Assembly: GCA_002633005.1 (NCBI GenBank)
Contig: NMRA01000273.1
Span: 63,506 to 127,505, forward strand
Length of the DNA: 64,000 nucleotides
DNA from: Phoronis australis
Taxonomy: Eukaryota > Animalia > Phoronida
Direction of reading: 5' to 3'
In this document: piece after piece, positions 1-14,500 of the stretch
Layout: each line of letters begins with the position of its first letter
How positions within the stretch are numbered: position 1 is the first letter of the stretch
Notes under the pieces: model-generated
The model's input: the letters and a program-made list of their open reading frames with translations, nothing else
Database searches by the model: none
Told to the model about the DNA's origin: nothing
Translations under genes and position numbers: made by a program

Positions 1-159
1 CTGTCAGGTTATCAAATGTTCTCAAGTGATATACAGTTTCGACAAAAAATAAGGCGAATGTTGTCGCCGTTATCACTTGTCAAAGAGGAAAAATATCATG
101 GTTTTGCATTCGCAAAAACTGACTTATTGAATTTAAAAATCCAATAAATTAGTACGCTC

Positions 160-299
160 NNNNNNNNNNNNNNNNNNNNNNNNNNNNNNNNNNNNNNNNN
201 NNNNNNNNNNNNNNNNNNNNNNNNNNNNNNNNNNNNNNNNNNNNNNNNNNNNNNNNNNNNNNNNNNNNNNNNNNNNNNNNNNNNNNNNNNNNNNNNNNN
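160..299. other. Assembly gap (run of N)
   Basis: 140 consecutive N; further single-N joins at 16368 and 33583. Confidence 0.99.
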
Positions 300-660
300 T
301 GAGGCAAAAATGTTAAGAACCCAGCGTATCGCATTTGTCTGCGGATTTTTCCTTTGGCCTTCTAGATCCTACTAGTGCCTGGGACAAACAGATACATTGC
401 ATAAACAAACCCTGGATCATGTTTTGTGTCCCGTCGGAAGAAAATTTAAATTCGAAAACATCTTCTGAAAACGCACAAAAAAGTGTATTAGTAAAATCTA
501 CTGATTTTTAAGTGGTTTTAAAAAACAATCGGTAAACTCACCGATTTTTGTCTCATCACTTTGATACGTGTTTCTCCCGAGAGGTTAGTACCTAACGTGA
601 AGACGAGCACTCCAAATTGGAACGCTAAGTCCCGCGTGGTTGCGCTGCACGCGAAACAAG

Positions 661-694
661 ATGGCGGACGAACTTTGGAGCCTGACGAAAATAG
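661..694 (+). other. Candidate upstream (5') exon of the GALNT gene, in a CpG-rich patch
   Basis: CAAGATGGCGG (YY1/Kozak-like) at 657-667, then a donor-like AG|GTAACC at 694/695. The ATG frame (phase 1) does not join the GALNT frame at 3436, so it may be non-coding, a uORF, or read in another frame. Confidence 0.3.
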
Positions 695-1609
695 GTAACC
701 GGACTATACAACTTGTTGGTAGTCCCCATTGGTATTTCGCCAACCTATAGACGGCATATTTATATACAGTCTATTAATGACTCTTTCCATCCTTATTGAT
801 GAAGTACAAGTTGTGAACATGGCGAGAGTTTCTATAACGACAAGAGATAATTGTAGTGTCTTAATATTCAAACCACATAAAATTCATATAGAACACGTAA
901 ACTCACAAGAGGCTATGCTTGAGTTGATTGTGAATAATTATGCAAATCCTTGATGGCACTGGGCCTATTGTTTTTTTGGTGAAATCGGACACACAATTGC
1001 AACATGGGAGCTTAGTATTTTCGATGGACTTTCAAATTCGTAAAAACAGCGGCGCTGCAACCAAGTCACATACAGGTCGTCTTGTCAGGCATTACCTATG
1101 GACGGAGATTAGTCCTGTGGGTTGTGGCTGGTCGAACAACTTTTAAAGTTATGTAGGATCCTGAAATAATGTCCAAATTTAGCTGACTTCGGAACATCAT
1201 ATCTCAGAAATGGCTGATTGGATTTCTGTAAAACCCTCAGGTGCTTTGCTTTATGCACTGGTCTCCAAAATGCTTGTAGGCATGGTATTGTTTTTTAGAA
1301 TGATACGCTTTTACAAGAGTGGCTATCAAAAAGAGGACTTTTGTGATTTTTGGAAAAAACTCAAAAGTTTCAGAAAATGAAATGAAAATTGAGGAAACTG
1401 TTAGCATTTTTGAGATTTCATCTTGGTTAGTTATATTAATTGAAGCTTGATCATGTCATTTATGCCATTGTACCTTTCTTTTTTTCTAACAAGACATAGT
1501 CACATGACCCAATCAATGGCAAATTCTGTTGACTTAATACGATTCAGAAAATACACTTTTTCTGAGCTGAATTCTATAGTTTTGTGGATTTTTGACTGAA
1601 TGATTGTAC

Positions 1610-2180
1610 AAACTTGTTGGTAAAGTTCTATATAGACTACTGTTCTTGTTGCAAGTCCAAACATTTGTTGAATGCCTTTGACGTCAAGTTTTTAACTTCA
1701 TTTCTTTCAATTGAATACAATTCTACCGTTTTGCACAATAATTGTAACCATACTTGTGCAAGAAATCCGAGTACGTTGAATTTATCAGCACTGGCAAACA
1801 TGTGATGATAGGCGAACTATCTCAGTGCATGAGTGTATTGTCATCTGCATAGTTCGCACTTGCCCTTGAGAGTGTAAAAGATGTTGATAAAAACATTGAA
1901 CAGCAGTGGACACAGAATAGAATCTTGGGACACCTTTAGAAGCAGGGTGATGATTGCTTTGTATGTTTTTAATTTTTTATTTTGATGGCTCAAATAAATA
2001 CGAAATTAGGAACGAATATGTATTCCGTGCGCAACCATAGGCACCAAATTTAGACACTAGTAAGGAATGGGGACGATAAAGTGAAATGCTTTGGATAAGT
2101 CAATAAATAAGCATCCCTCATAGAGACTTCTCAACTAAAGCCTTTCCTTAGTGAAGATACAAAAGTGTTTGTGTTTACAA
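1610..2180 (-). mobile_element. Degenerate CR1/L2-type LINE reverse-transcriptase fragment
   Basis: Minus-strand motifs in RT order with frameshifts: FIDLSKAF (~2084-2107), GVP(Q)xSILCPLLFNVFIN (~1885-1934), NYADDNTL (~1830-1854). Confidence 0.85.
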
Positions 2181-2239
2181 TTTGGTCAAGGCGATACTAG
2201 ATGTTGAGTGATGTTTCGTGTGTTCTGATAATCTAGCCT

Positions 2240-3331
2240 TTTTTTATGCACCCACATATTTATATGTGGACGCATTATGCCGTCATCTCCGTCCGTCCGT
2301 CCGGGCGGCGTCCGTCCGTCCGGGCGGCGTCCGTCCGTCCGGGCGGCGTCCGCTGCTCTATCTCCAAAACCCTTTGACATACGTTCATGAAATTTGGCAC
2401 ATATGTTCCATTTATGAATGGGACGGCATGTGCGAACTTTCGGACGGATCCGACTACCGGTGTGCCCCTAGTGGCAATTTTAGTTTTTTACGCTTACCTT
2501 TGTATCTTCAAAAGTCCTGAACGGATTTTCATGAAATTTGGTATGTAGGCACCTATTAGTGAGATGACGCTATCCTACTGTTTTCAGATGGATTCGACGT
2601 AGTTTGCGCCACCTAGTGGCCATTTTTACTGTTTTCGAGTCTGTATTTTTGCGTCCACCCCTCTATCAACCAAACCGCTCAAAGGATGATTGTGAAAATT
2701 GGCGTGTATGTGCTTACTATAAGGAAGACAGCTGACAATGATTTTCAGACGATTTGGACTACTGTGGCGCCTCCTAGTGGCAGTTTTGTTTTTTTGCGCC
2801 CATGGCTGTATCTCCCAAACCGTTTGCAGGATCTTTACTAAATTTAGCAAGTGTATTTATGTGATGTTGACAACGGACGATGACGACTTTAGGATGATTC
2901 TGACTACCGGTATGCCTCTAGTGGCAATTTTAGTATTTGCCTCTAGTGGCAATTTTAGTATTTTACATTGACCTCTGTATTTTCATAGGTCTTCAGGTGT
3001 ATACTTTGTGTTACTTCGTGACTATGAAGGAAAAGTTCCGAGTAGAAATTTGTTTCTGGCATTCTAATGCTGTGCTAATCTCGTATGTTGGTAAATTTGT
3101 TTTTAATTCTATGTTTCTGTGGTGGTTTAAGCAACTGATGTATAGGATGTGCTCACATTTTGCCCCTAGCCTATTGAGGAGAGAATGACCATGCCTTTCC
3201 ATTTTGCAAAGTACAACATACTACATATATGCCCTCTACTGGCCACTTTATGGTACCAATAAACAACCCTAGAAGGATACCGTATACGGTGCAATTGTGG
3301 GCGCATTTCAACGCTCTGCGTTGCTCTTGTT
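2240..3331 (+). mobile_element. Helentron-associated non-autonomous element (HINE/DINE-1-like), copy 1
   Basis: T-run, 5' subTIR ATGCACCCAC with palindrome CCACATAT-TT-ATATGTGG, (GTCC)n microsatellite, central CTAGTGGC-containing repeats, 3' subTIR GTGGGCGCAT, hairpin CAACGC-TCT-GCGTTG and CTCTTGTT end. Confidence 0.8.
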
Positions 3332-3435
3332 CTAATGCCATGTAGTAAAAATGTGTAAATTGTTTAATGAACACCACGTCTAAGTCACTTAAAATTTAAG
3401 TGTAAATGTCAATAATTCTAACATTTTGTTCTTAG

Positions 3436-6400
3436 AAACCTAGATTTAATGAAGAAAAGTACATTGTTGCGACAGCCGACAAAGACGTTAAAGATCCGTA
3501 CCAGGCTCATGCGTTCAATGTGGAGAGGAGTAACAGAGTACCTGTCAACAGACAGATACCTGATGTGAGAGACCCACTGTAAGAGCTTTCTTCATGGTTA
3601 AAACTACCACATCCAGCTTGAAGCTGCTATATATACAGATGTAACTTTTGCTTGAGACCTCTCTCAGTTTTAAAACTGGTTTCAGCTGTCTTCTTCTTTA
3701 CTTCTTTACGTACTAGTACATCTTGACTAGTTACTGACCTTGGTCTCAAGCAGCTGGTGCCCGTTTTTTCCAAGCCAAGATGTCCCTTTCAAGTGTGGAG
3801 TGTGGGACAATCTTAGACCAATTTCACAACATTCGTTATTTTAGTGGTTTGAATAAAAGGTCAAACCTTTTGACAGAAGGCAGGTGTTTAAGGACTTGAA
3901 TGTGCAAAACTTTTGTTTTGATTGGGAAAGTCAGAAACTAAGATTTTGACATACAGCTGGGTGCCGAAAACGTCATTTTGAAAAAGCTGCAAATGGATGC
4001 GGCCCAAACGGGCAATTCAACACCGTATTTGTTCGGATTGTAATAGTTCTCAAAAATCCACCCTTATACTGCCACTATGAATATACTGTGTAGGCCTAGT
4101 GGCATAAGGGCAGAGATTTCAGAGTGGCATTTTGGCTACCTAAGTTTGTTTTAGTAGCATTACAGGAGTTGAATAGAATTTAAGATGATTGTAGACCGTA
4201 TCCTGTTTGGTAGTCACAGGTAAGCATTTTGGGAACTGAAGTTTGATATTCACGAAATGCTCGTCGGCGCTTCTGAGGAACTAAAGTTCCACCAATGCAA
4301 TTACACATTTGTCACATTCAGGATTGTCAAAAGTGCTCACACCAAAACGACTAGGTTGGGTGTAGCTCAATGCACTGCAGCTCTTTTCTCATTCGTCTCT
4401 TCTCAGAAACTTTCAAAAACTAGGTCATTATTACAATGAAAAACGTGTTTTGTTGCCTTTGCTAAGAGACAGGTCGCGACTGGACTGTGAAGGTGGATGC
4501 AGATAATGCTGGTCGATTTTGCCTTATCAATCAGGGCTAGTGGAACAGTGATTAATCCTGAAAATGACGTAGCGTAAAAGTGTTTTTTTGCATTCTTAAT
4601 TTAATAGTGACTTCAAAATCATTGGCTTTACCCTTCAGGATGTTACCTGTTATGTTGTTAGCTTTCAGTCATGTTTAAAAGTCCCTTTTCCCTGTTGAGC
4701 TGGCTAAAATGAAAGTTGAATTTAGCTTTTTGCTCCAGTAGAATGGGTGTCAAAAATAGGATTTCATTTACGTTACCAAAAAGAACATCAAAATCATCAG
4801 CAACTGAAGAAAACAAGTGTATTGGGGTTAGCGAACCCTAAATCTACTAATTCAAACATGGCACACGTATTTGTTGCCTGTAACTTGGTAACGGAAATAG
4901 AGTCCTCTCACAGAGTAATATTTTGAGACCGCTTTTATGAGAGTAAAATTCTTATGGACTTTGGTTTTTAACCAGCTAAACACAGTGAAATGGTGCTTTA
5001 ATCGCAAATGAGGAAAAGTGTCCCAGCAAGGGATCCAGAACTCATGATTTAGGATCATTGTAACGTAACTGTGTTTCTTCCTGGTCTTTGCAGGTGTATC
5101 AGTAACAAGTATGGAAACACTGTTCTCCCCAGTACCTCAGTTATCATTACATTCTACAATGAAGCCAGATCTGCACTTCTGCGCACAGTCAAGAGGTGGA
5201 GTGACAATCGGTTTCTTAGTGAACTTCTCATGTTTCTATTCACATGATAGCACATGCTGAATATAATTGAATAAAGTTCCTGTTCAATTATGACAGGTGA
5301 TGGCCATTCATAACTCCTCATTTTAGGTACTGTGACCATAAATTTAGTTTCCACTCAGATTTGGCAGGGAATTTTACTTGCAGTAGGTCTTCATGATGGG
5401 AATTTTTGCGTCGTTTTCTCCAATTATTTTTTGCTATGCACTACTTTATGCCACATTATTTTGACTTTTTCCAATTCAGTTTATTAGATTTTAACTTTAT
5501 AAAGCCTCTGGTAGTGCCTGAGATATTTGTGTTAGTATATAGTTTGGCACCAAGGCTAACAGAGCAGATAAAAGGGATGTCATTATTTTAAAAATTTCCA
5601 CCAAAGCAAGCAATGTACTTAATCTTGAAACAGTTTCTACTAACACGCAAAACAGGTCAGCAATTTTCTCATTAAGAACACACCTTCCACCTAACACTGA
5701 TTCAAGTTTGTCAAATCGAGTTTTGAATCACCGGTAGTTATTATTAGCGTTGGAAAACACTCCATAGGACAAATGGCATTCGTCCTGAGGGACATTAAAT
5801 TGTCACACGGGACATTCCAATATCCAGTGTTGATGAAAAGTTTTGAATAAAACTGCTGTATGCAATTGGTACACTGTGCTCTTTAAGGTCACTGTAGGAA
5901 GCTTTTAGCGTCTTTTTTTAACCTGGTGTGATCACGATGTAATGTATCCTTGGAAGTTTAGAGATAAAACAGCCATGTTCTATTGTTGCTTTGTTTTTAG
6001 TGTCCTGAACAACAGTCCACCACACCTTATTGAGGAAATCATTCTTGTTGATGACTTCAGTGATAATGGTAGGTAGCACCTTTTACGATCCAAAACCTTG
6101 TAACAATGAAGGCTGGAGGTATGACACTAAATCATCACTCTGGCTAAATTAATCAAGTTGTGGTTATCTCCAACCTTATTTAGTCACCTCCATTCTAACT
6201 CGTATATCGAAAAACTAGGCTTTGTCAACTAGCAAAAGTATGTACTTTCTAAAAGAAAAAAGATCGGGGATTATTAAAATTTGTTTATATACCATTATTA
6301 TTATCACATTAACTCCTTTTTTAAGTCAAAATTTAATTTTTTAAGATGCTGTTTGATAGGAATTTTCGAATAATCTTTTCATTTGGCTTCTATGACAAAT

Positions 6401-8500
6401 CAACTTGCAAAACTTAAGATATTTTTTAAAAAATAGCAGTCGTATTCCTCTTTGTTACATTATGCAATAGCCACGCCTTTATAGCGTTTTTTAGATTGAT
6501 GAATAAATATTATGCTTGTAAAGTTTCAGCGAAATCCAATGAGCGGTTTTCGAGAACTTGTTTTCCTAAGTTCAAATTGTAAGTCAATTTGCCTAAGCCG
6601 AGAAAAAGTCGATTAAATCGTGAGAGGTGAAAGTCTCAAGGTTTTCAGTTAATTATTCGGTAGAAACTTGTTTTTGGTCAATATAACCTGTACACCTCTT
6701 AGCCCCGTTCATTATTTCAACGTTCAAGCGCAATGTCAACTGTCTACCTTGTCATGTCTGTTATCACTAATGATACGTACCTCCAACAATGTCATAAACT
6801 ATGTGTGATGGTGAAAGACTTGCCTGTGAGGAGCATTATACTCTCTGTAACCTGATTGCTTGCAAAAAATAACATGTCGTAAAGCTTGTACTAGTTTGCA
6901 TTCTATATAAGGGTGATTTAAACTTTCACCTCAGTACTCACTGATAATTGGCTCAAAATGTCACCAATAACCAAGCCATCTCATGGTGATATCAGGGGTG
7001 CCTTCAGATAATAAAAGGTAGGTCATATGTACAGTGTGTATGGTATTTGATGGCAACTTGCTCTGGTGTTTAAACTTGGATATCTGTGTGTTAGTCCCTG
7101 GTAGTCAGTTCCATTGGGGCGTATTGTGGCCTGTAATGACCCTCCTTGGACTTGTAAAAAAGTAGTGCTGCCATCATAAAAATTTAGTCTGAAGCAGAAG
7201 TATTTTTCATGTTTCACTCTATGTGTGCATTGTGACTCTTGAGCAGATTGTATGACATTTTCAGAGTATGTAATGTATCCATATATCTGGGTAACTGAGA
7301 ATCACTATTTCTGTCCGGCATAAATAAACGATGGTGGGATTCCCAATTCTGATTTCAAATCTTTATCGTTTTAATTTCTACCACTGACAGTTGCTGATGG
7401 AAGATTGTTGAGTACTTTGCCCAAGATCCGGATCATACGCAATACCAAACGAGAAGGCATAGTGCGGTCACGTGTGAAGGCGGCAACAGTTGCCAAAGGG
7501 ACTGTGATAACGTTTCTGGACAGCCACTGTGAAGTGGCCCGTGGTTGGCTTCAACCTCAACTCAGCTGGGTGAAGGAGGTAAGTTCTTGGTGTGTCGAGT
7601 TGTTAAGAGGGGGTTGATTTCAGTTAAATTTTTGCATTTTTATTTGAAAAAGGCAGTCTAATGCACCGGACATGCACTGGGCACATGAGTTGGCCCATTG
7701 CACAAGGCACGTGATCGCAACTGAGAAGAACCTATAACTTGCCTGTAATTATTAAGTATTTACAAAAAAGCGTCACTGGTAGATACCTCACAAAAAACAA
7801 CTTGGCCGAAATTTTGCAAGTCAAAACATTGCCTGCGGTAGTTGCTGTGCCCAATGAAGCAAAATTCAGTGGTACTGTTTACGAATACAATAACAGTCAG
7901 GTGACAAAAGAAGACAGTGAATGTTGTGATTTGGGAACCAATGTCAAAAGTTAACCAGTGAAGTTTAAACATTTTCAAAAAACACCTTCGGACATTATAA
8001 TTTTTGCTTAATGTATGACCTGTACTTAGAAGCAAGGGTAGTTATTTCAATCTATAATAACAGAGAAACTGTACTTAGCTGTCGAAGTGGGAAGAGGTGG
8101 CAGGATCTGGGTAGCGTTCCTTAGACCAAGTTTATTGCGTGAAAAGCAAGGTCTTGCAGAATCCTGCTAGCGAAAGACAAGTGTTACATGAGTATGCTCA
8201 GGAATGTTGAATTATGGGACTGATTAAATTTAGCTAGTCATAGTATAGATCTGGTACTATGCAGGAATTATATTTGTGTTTTGTAGTCTTACAAAAACTT
8301 GTAGTTTGGATTTCCATGCTTAAGTTGACATTGGCATATTTTTAATTAATATGATTTTTTCAGAATCCGAAGTCTGTTGCCAGTCCAGTTATCGATGTCA
8401 TCAACTCTGAAACATTTGAGTATCAAGCTGCAGCCAGTAACTTAAGGGGAGGTACGTAAAAGTTGCGGTTTCAACCTTTGGCTGCTTCTTAACTAAAGAG

Positions 8501-8554
<54 letters not shown>

Positions 8555-11500
8555 TAACTGCAGTGGAGCCTTCTGAATGTCACAACCTCAGTTTCAACAC
8601 AAATTTTGGTAAGTAGGATATTCCATTAGTGGATTCCGACACGGCAGCGATCATAACCACCCTTATAAGATAACTGTGATAATAAATTAATTGGGTTGAA
8701 GATGAAGTAGCTACACTTCATAATTAATATAATTATGGTTGAGAATCAATTTTCCTGATTTTTTTAATGACCGTATCTTGGAATATGATAATAAACCACA
8801 TTATTTGAAATATGTTTTATGGGAAGTTATTCAATTTTTGACATTTTATCCGGAATGACATAAAGTGGGCTCCTCTGAACTAAATTCTTTTCGCATCATG
8901 AAAGTTTTGTCTCTCTCCCCATAATTTTTGGTTGATAATCGGCATCCAGTGGTGAAATGTGGTGATAAAGTACCCGGGATTTCCGCAAACAAGTCCGCCC
9001 AATATAAACGCATGGGCCTTGCATTCGGAAAATTTTCTGAATGTAGAGTGGACCACTTTTGTAGCCACAATTACAAATTTGTATGGTTTAGAAGGTTTCT
9101 TAAAGTTAACAATACCAGTGATTGCCAAAGGAAATTGGGATGTTTAGTTCAGCCTGCCTTACCTACAATGTAGAATTAACTGGTAATACAAGTGGTACTA
9201 TAAAGTCTCTTGACTACACCTATTGGTCATTCTGTGCTAGTGTCTCAGGCACATTTTTCATTTATGGCCCTCCTCTTAAAATACACCTGAGTTTATATTC
9301 TGGGTTCCTTAGGTAAAAAGTATACCATTTGTATTTATACTCTGTTTCTTACTACCATAAAGTCCCGACTTGTACATTGATAAGTCAATGTTTAATTTGT
9401 CAACATTTGCAGGTTTTGATTGGACAATGCATTTCAAGTGGGAGAAGTTGAGTTCACTGGAGTTGTCTAAGAGGACTGATGCTTCACAGCCTATCAAGTG
9501 AGTTGAGTGTCGGGGTGAACATCAAAATGGTATGTTTTGTCAGTTGACCTTTTTGTGGTGCCTCGAAAATTTGAACTGCACATTCTCTAATGAAAATTTG
9601 AGTAACCACCAGACAATGCTAGTTTGTTCAAATGGCACTTGAAAACGAAAGCTGAGGATAACTATGGTAATAGTGGAGTAGTTAAATACTATTTGTTCAT
9701 TTTTTAAAATGATGTACCGCACCAAATTATAATGCTTCACCATGGTTACCATCAGACAATATTTTGAAAAATTACGGACATTCACAACAATGTCAGAAGC
9801 TCTCGAAAAAGTGAATTTTCGCAATTATTTTTATCCAAAGTCGCACAGAGATCTTATCGTTGAAGCATTGGCCGCACAACTTGCACAGCAGTCTCCGTGC
9901 CCGAAGTTGCATCGTCTGTGAATCCTACTTGTAGGCCATCATCAGATGGCTGCCAAGTGTATTGTGGGATATATTTGTTCAAATGTTGTATCTGACTTGT
10001 GGTTTGTTGCCTGGGCAGACATTATGTGAAACGCTGTATAACATCAGTTGAATTCTACCCGAGAGTAGATTAGGTGTTACCTGGGCAGACATTATGTGAA
10101 ACGCTGTATAACATCAGTTGAATTCTACCCGAGAGTAGATTAGGTGTTACCTGGGCAGACATTATGTGAAACGCTGTATAACATCAGTTGAATTCTACCC
10201 GAGAGTAGATTAGGTGTTACCTGGGCAGACATTATGTGAAACGCTGTATAACATCAGTTGAATTCTACCCGAGAGTAGATTAGGTGTTACCTGGGCAGAC
10301 ATTATGTGAAACGCTGTATAACATCAGTTGAATTCTACCCGAGAGTAGATTAGGTGTTACCTGGGCAGACATTATGTGAAACGCTGTATAACATCAGTTG
10401 AATTCTACCCGAGAGTAGATTAGGTGTTACCTGGGCAGACATTATGTGAAACGCTGTATAACATCAGTTGAATTCTACCCGAGAGTAGATTAGGTGTTAC
10501 CTGGGCAGACATTATGTGAAACGCTGTATAACATCAGTTGAATTCTACCCGAGAGTAGATTAGGTGTTACCTGGGCAGACATTATGTGAAACGCTGTATA
10601 ACATCAGTTGAATTCTACCCGAGAGTAGATTAGGTGTTACCTGGGCAGACATTATGTGAAACGCTGTATAACATCAGTTGAATTCTACCCGAGAGTAGAT
10701 TAGGTGTTACCTGGGCAGACATTATGTGAAACGCTGTATAACATCAGTTGAATTCTACCCGAGAGTAGATTAGGTGTTACCTGGGCAGACATTATGTGAA
10801 ACGCTGTATAACATCAGTTGAATTCTACCCAGAGTAGATTAGGTGTTACCCACGCTGATAACATCAGTTGAATTCTACCCGAGAGTAGATTATGTGTTAG
10901 CCACTGATCTGATGAGTTTCTGTAATTTATTTACTTGTTTTGAGTTTTACACGCAAGGAGTTTCTCTTGCAAATAATGAGTTGAGACCTGTCAAAATCCG
11001 AAAGCAACACGTTACCTTGGCAATCAGGGCAAACAAGTCACCAGGGTCCCTGTCAAATGATGAAAAGTCATACTACCGACCCTCAACTGTTGCCACAAAG
11101 GAATTTTTTACCCTCCCAAAGCAATACCTGTGAGCAAAATAGCCTCTGGAGTTGGGATCAATTCCCAACCAACTTCAATGGGAGAGCTTCCAAGGTCTCA
11201 TACATTAGAAACAATTCAATCTGAGTGTTTTTCAATCCTGGTACTGTTTGTATTGATGCTACTTTTTCTGTTGATTGCTAGTCTTGACACTTTTCCAACC
11301 TAGGACCCCCATCGTAGCTGGTGGACTGTTCTCTGTTCAGAGAAAGTGGTTTGCCACTCTCGGCCATTATGATACAGAGATGAACATTTGGGGGGGAGAA
11401 AACTTTGGTAAGTGCATGCTCTAGGATTTGACCTCTTTTCTTGTATACATGTTTATATTAATGTGTGGTTTATTGTTATCATCTCTCTGTGTGCGTCGTA

Positions 11501-14500
11501 CATCTCATTTATTTACGAGTGAAGTGGTGTGACTTTGTAAAGGCATAATGAATTGGCCATATTGAGCAACTGACTGATATGTTCCATCTGACATGACATT
11601 GCTTGTGTTGCAGTACAGTTTCGTTTTTCTGGCAAAACACCAAGTACCACATCTGACCTCGTATCAGTTTGCACTCTGGCAGAAGCCCAACCCCAAGCGT
11701 TGTTCCTGTGTATATGCCCATCTGCTTGGCTATAGGCCTACATCTCTTTAAACTGATGTGTGGCTCGGGCCCTGTTGATTGGAGGGATAGTGCAAATTAA
11801 GCTGTCACAGAAAACAGATCTCACAAAACTTGGGTAAATCATAAGCGGGCGTCTGACAAAGCAAGATTTACATTCCCAATTCATATTAAGATGTTTGTGT
11901 CACTTGTTATGAAAGAAGCCTGTGGGTATGTATAAAAATTACGGGTGGTCTGGTACACGTTATACCAGACATGCACAGGCCGCTCAGATGGGCCTATTGC
12001 ACTGATCTCCTGGAACCATTTTTATGCTTTATTATAGATAAAACTGAGCTGAGGAGCTGAAGACATGTGTCCCTGTGGGACTTGAACTCACAACCTAGGC
12101 CACACTGTCTCCTCAAATTCTTGTGTATTGAAAATGTGAAGCTGCGCATCTTTTATTCTGTCCTTCATTCCCACACCTGTTCACGTGACTCAGGTGATAC
12201 AGTATTGTCGTTTCAGAGTTTTCCTTCAGAGTCTGGATGTGTGGTGGGTCCTTAGCCATTCTCCCCTGTAGTCGAGTGGGCCACGTCTTCCGTAAGCGAC
12301 ATCCATATTCTTTCCCTGACGGCAATACTCATACCTACATTAGGCAAGTGACTTTTTGTCTTCTAAGTTAGTCTTTGTACAAGATTTTGTAATTGCTTCA
12401 AGCGAGAACTCGAAATCCATTAGGTGAAGTTAGTGTAACACATGCCCTACCACAAAAAGTATATACATTCGATTATTAATGAGATCTCTATCCCATGAAC
12501 GCCCCCATGCTGACGAACTGTTTTCTGTTCTCAATGTATTGAGAGGGCCCTTTCTTCATTAGCGCCACCTGGTGAGCATTAAGCTAGCCTTTGGTTAGCA
12601 AATTCTTTACTTGAATTTAAAATGCATGGTGAAATGTATTTTCGTCACAATAGTTGCCTATGTTTCTCTGTGCATATTGCAAGTTTTAGTTGTCGAAATT
12701 CGTTGTGACGAGAATGTAACATCATATATTTCAAGCTGTTATAGACTCGTCTTCTGTCAAAAGACTGTTAGTCTCACATTGCCACTTGATTTGTTTGTTG
12801 ATGGGGAAGCACTTCTTGTCCGTTATTGTTTGAGGCCATAGTAAGGAAGTTGGTTTTATCCGCCAGGCAGTTTTATTGGCTAAGTGATGGCCTTGGGTAA
12901 TAATCGGTTGTTTCTTCCTCCCAAGCCCAATATATCAAATGTTATCAAGTTTGGAAAATTTTTTTACGTTGAGTGGTTTAAATCAAAACTATGTTTTGCA
13001 GAAGGACTGTTTGTAGCTTTAATGTTCTAGTCTAATGTTAGCTTAATTTCCTCTTTCTAAGATCACCAGTCACTGTATGTCTAAAATTATCACAGTCGAG
13101 CTTGAAAACATTTTGTTTGTATGTTTCAGAAACATTCGAAGAACTGCAGAAGTCTGGATGGACGATTATAAGCGGTTCTTTTACATGTCGCGTCCATCAG
13201 CTATCAAACAACCATTTGGAGAGTAAGCTGTTATTAATTTCTAATTTTTTCCTTGGAATTTAAAAAATGTTAATATCGTGGGAAAAAACAAAAAAATGAG
13301 TCAAATTAATGATTGAAGTCAAGTTGATATTTGCGTGGACATTTGAACTAATTTCACAACATGTATTGCTTCATTTAATACTTATATTGTAGGAAAGCAT
13401 AGCAACATAATTATTTACTAAGTTCAAAAACTTAAAAAATGATTATTATTTTCTTAGATATTTGGGACCATGTTTAAGGCGTACATTTGGTTATTAGGAA
13501 AAATGTAAATAGGTTGTATGTAAAGTTGTACAACATGTTTTTTAACTGAGGGTAAATTTCTTTGTATCAAAAGTAATTGTTAATACTCTCTTCAGCCAAG
13601 ACTCAGTGCTCCAAACTTAAGAGGCTGTTTTAAGTTGTGGACATTCTGTCCCAAGTCAGGAAATTGCCAAAGGTTGCATCAATGTACCTGTAGTTTAATT
13701 AGCAGTCGTATATATAAGTCTCCCTAAGCTAAAATCTACATATATGATGCTTTCATCTATTTTGTAGTATATCTGCTCGAATGCAGCTCAGAAGCAATCT
13801 CAAGTGCAACCCTTTCTCTTGGTATCTTCAGAATGTCTACCCTGAACTGGTGTAAGTAGACTATCCCGTGGGAAACGTCATTGCTGTTGTGTGTGTTTCT
13901 GAGCAGCTATGGGAAAAATGATGGTAATTTTTGTTTGACCCCGCAGTGTCGTCACTTTTGAAGTATGTTGTTCAATTTTGAGTAAAATAACTTGTATTGT
14001 TTAATGAATAAACTGCTGCTCAAATTTCTCTGAATTTGTTCTTCAGTTTTTTTTACCTGCCTGGTTAGGAATAATTAATATTTCAAATTTGTTGTGCTAG
14101 TTTTTCAAAAATTTCCACTGAGTTAAATGGGGCGACACTTTTGTGAAAACTGTCGGGGTGTACTAAGTAGCTGTTCATGGAAAAGAAGTGCTATTGGGGC
14201 TGTTGGTTCTTCAGGACATGTTGCCATGCGAATAGAGCCAAGTGCTACATGATCTGTAACCTGTATTTGACTTTTATGTGATCTGTGATGTGACCTCTTA
14301 TTGTAGTGTTGTAGTTGAGTTCAGCTTTTGTAATTGTTAGTCTTGCTACCATCCAGCTACGTGTTTCAGTATTCCATTTGGTGATTCATTGGCTCTGGGT
14401 CACATCACGCAAGATGGCAAGTGTCTGGATATACCTGACCCAAATAAAATGAAGATGCCTACAATAACGGTGTGCAGTGATGAAGAGTCTCAGGTTTGTG

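Noticed and set aside
2937-3188. Hydrophobic ORF as the GALNT transmembrane exon
   Set aside because: It lies inside the HINE element, and its hydrophobic part derives from the T-rich repeat unit.
10011-10900. CRISPR array (Cas12a-like TCTAC/GTAGA stem)
   Set aside because: Units are identical end to end with no unique spacers, there are no cas genes, and it lies in a spliceosomal intron.
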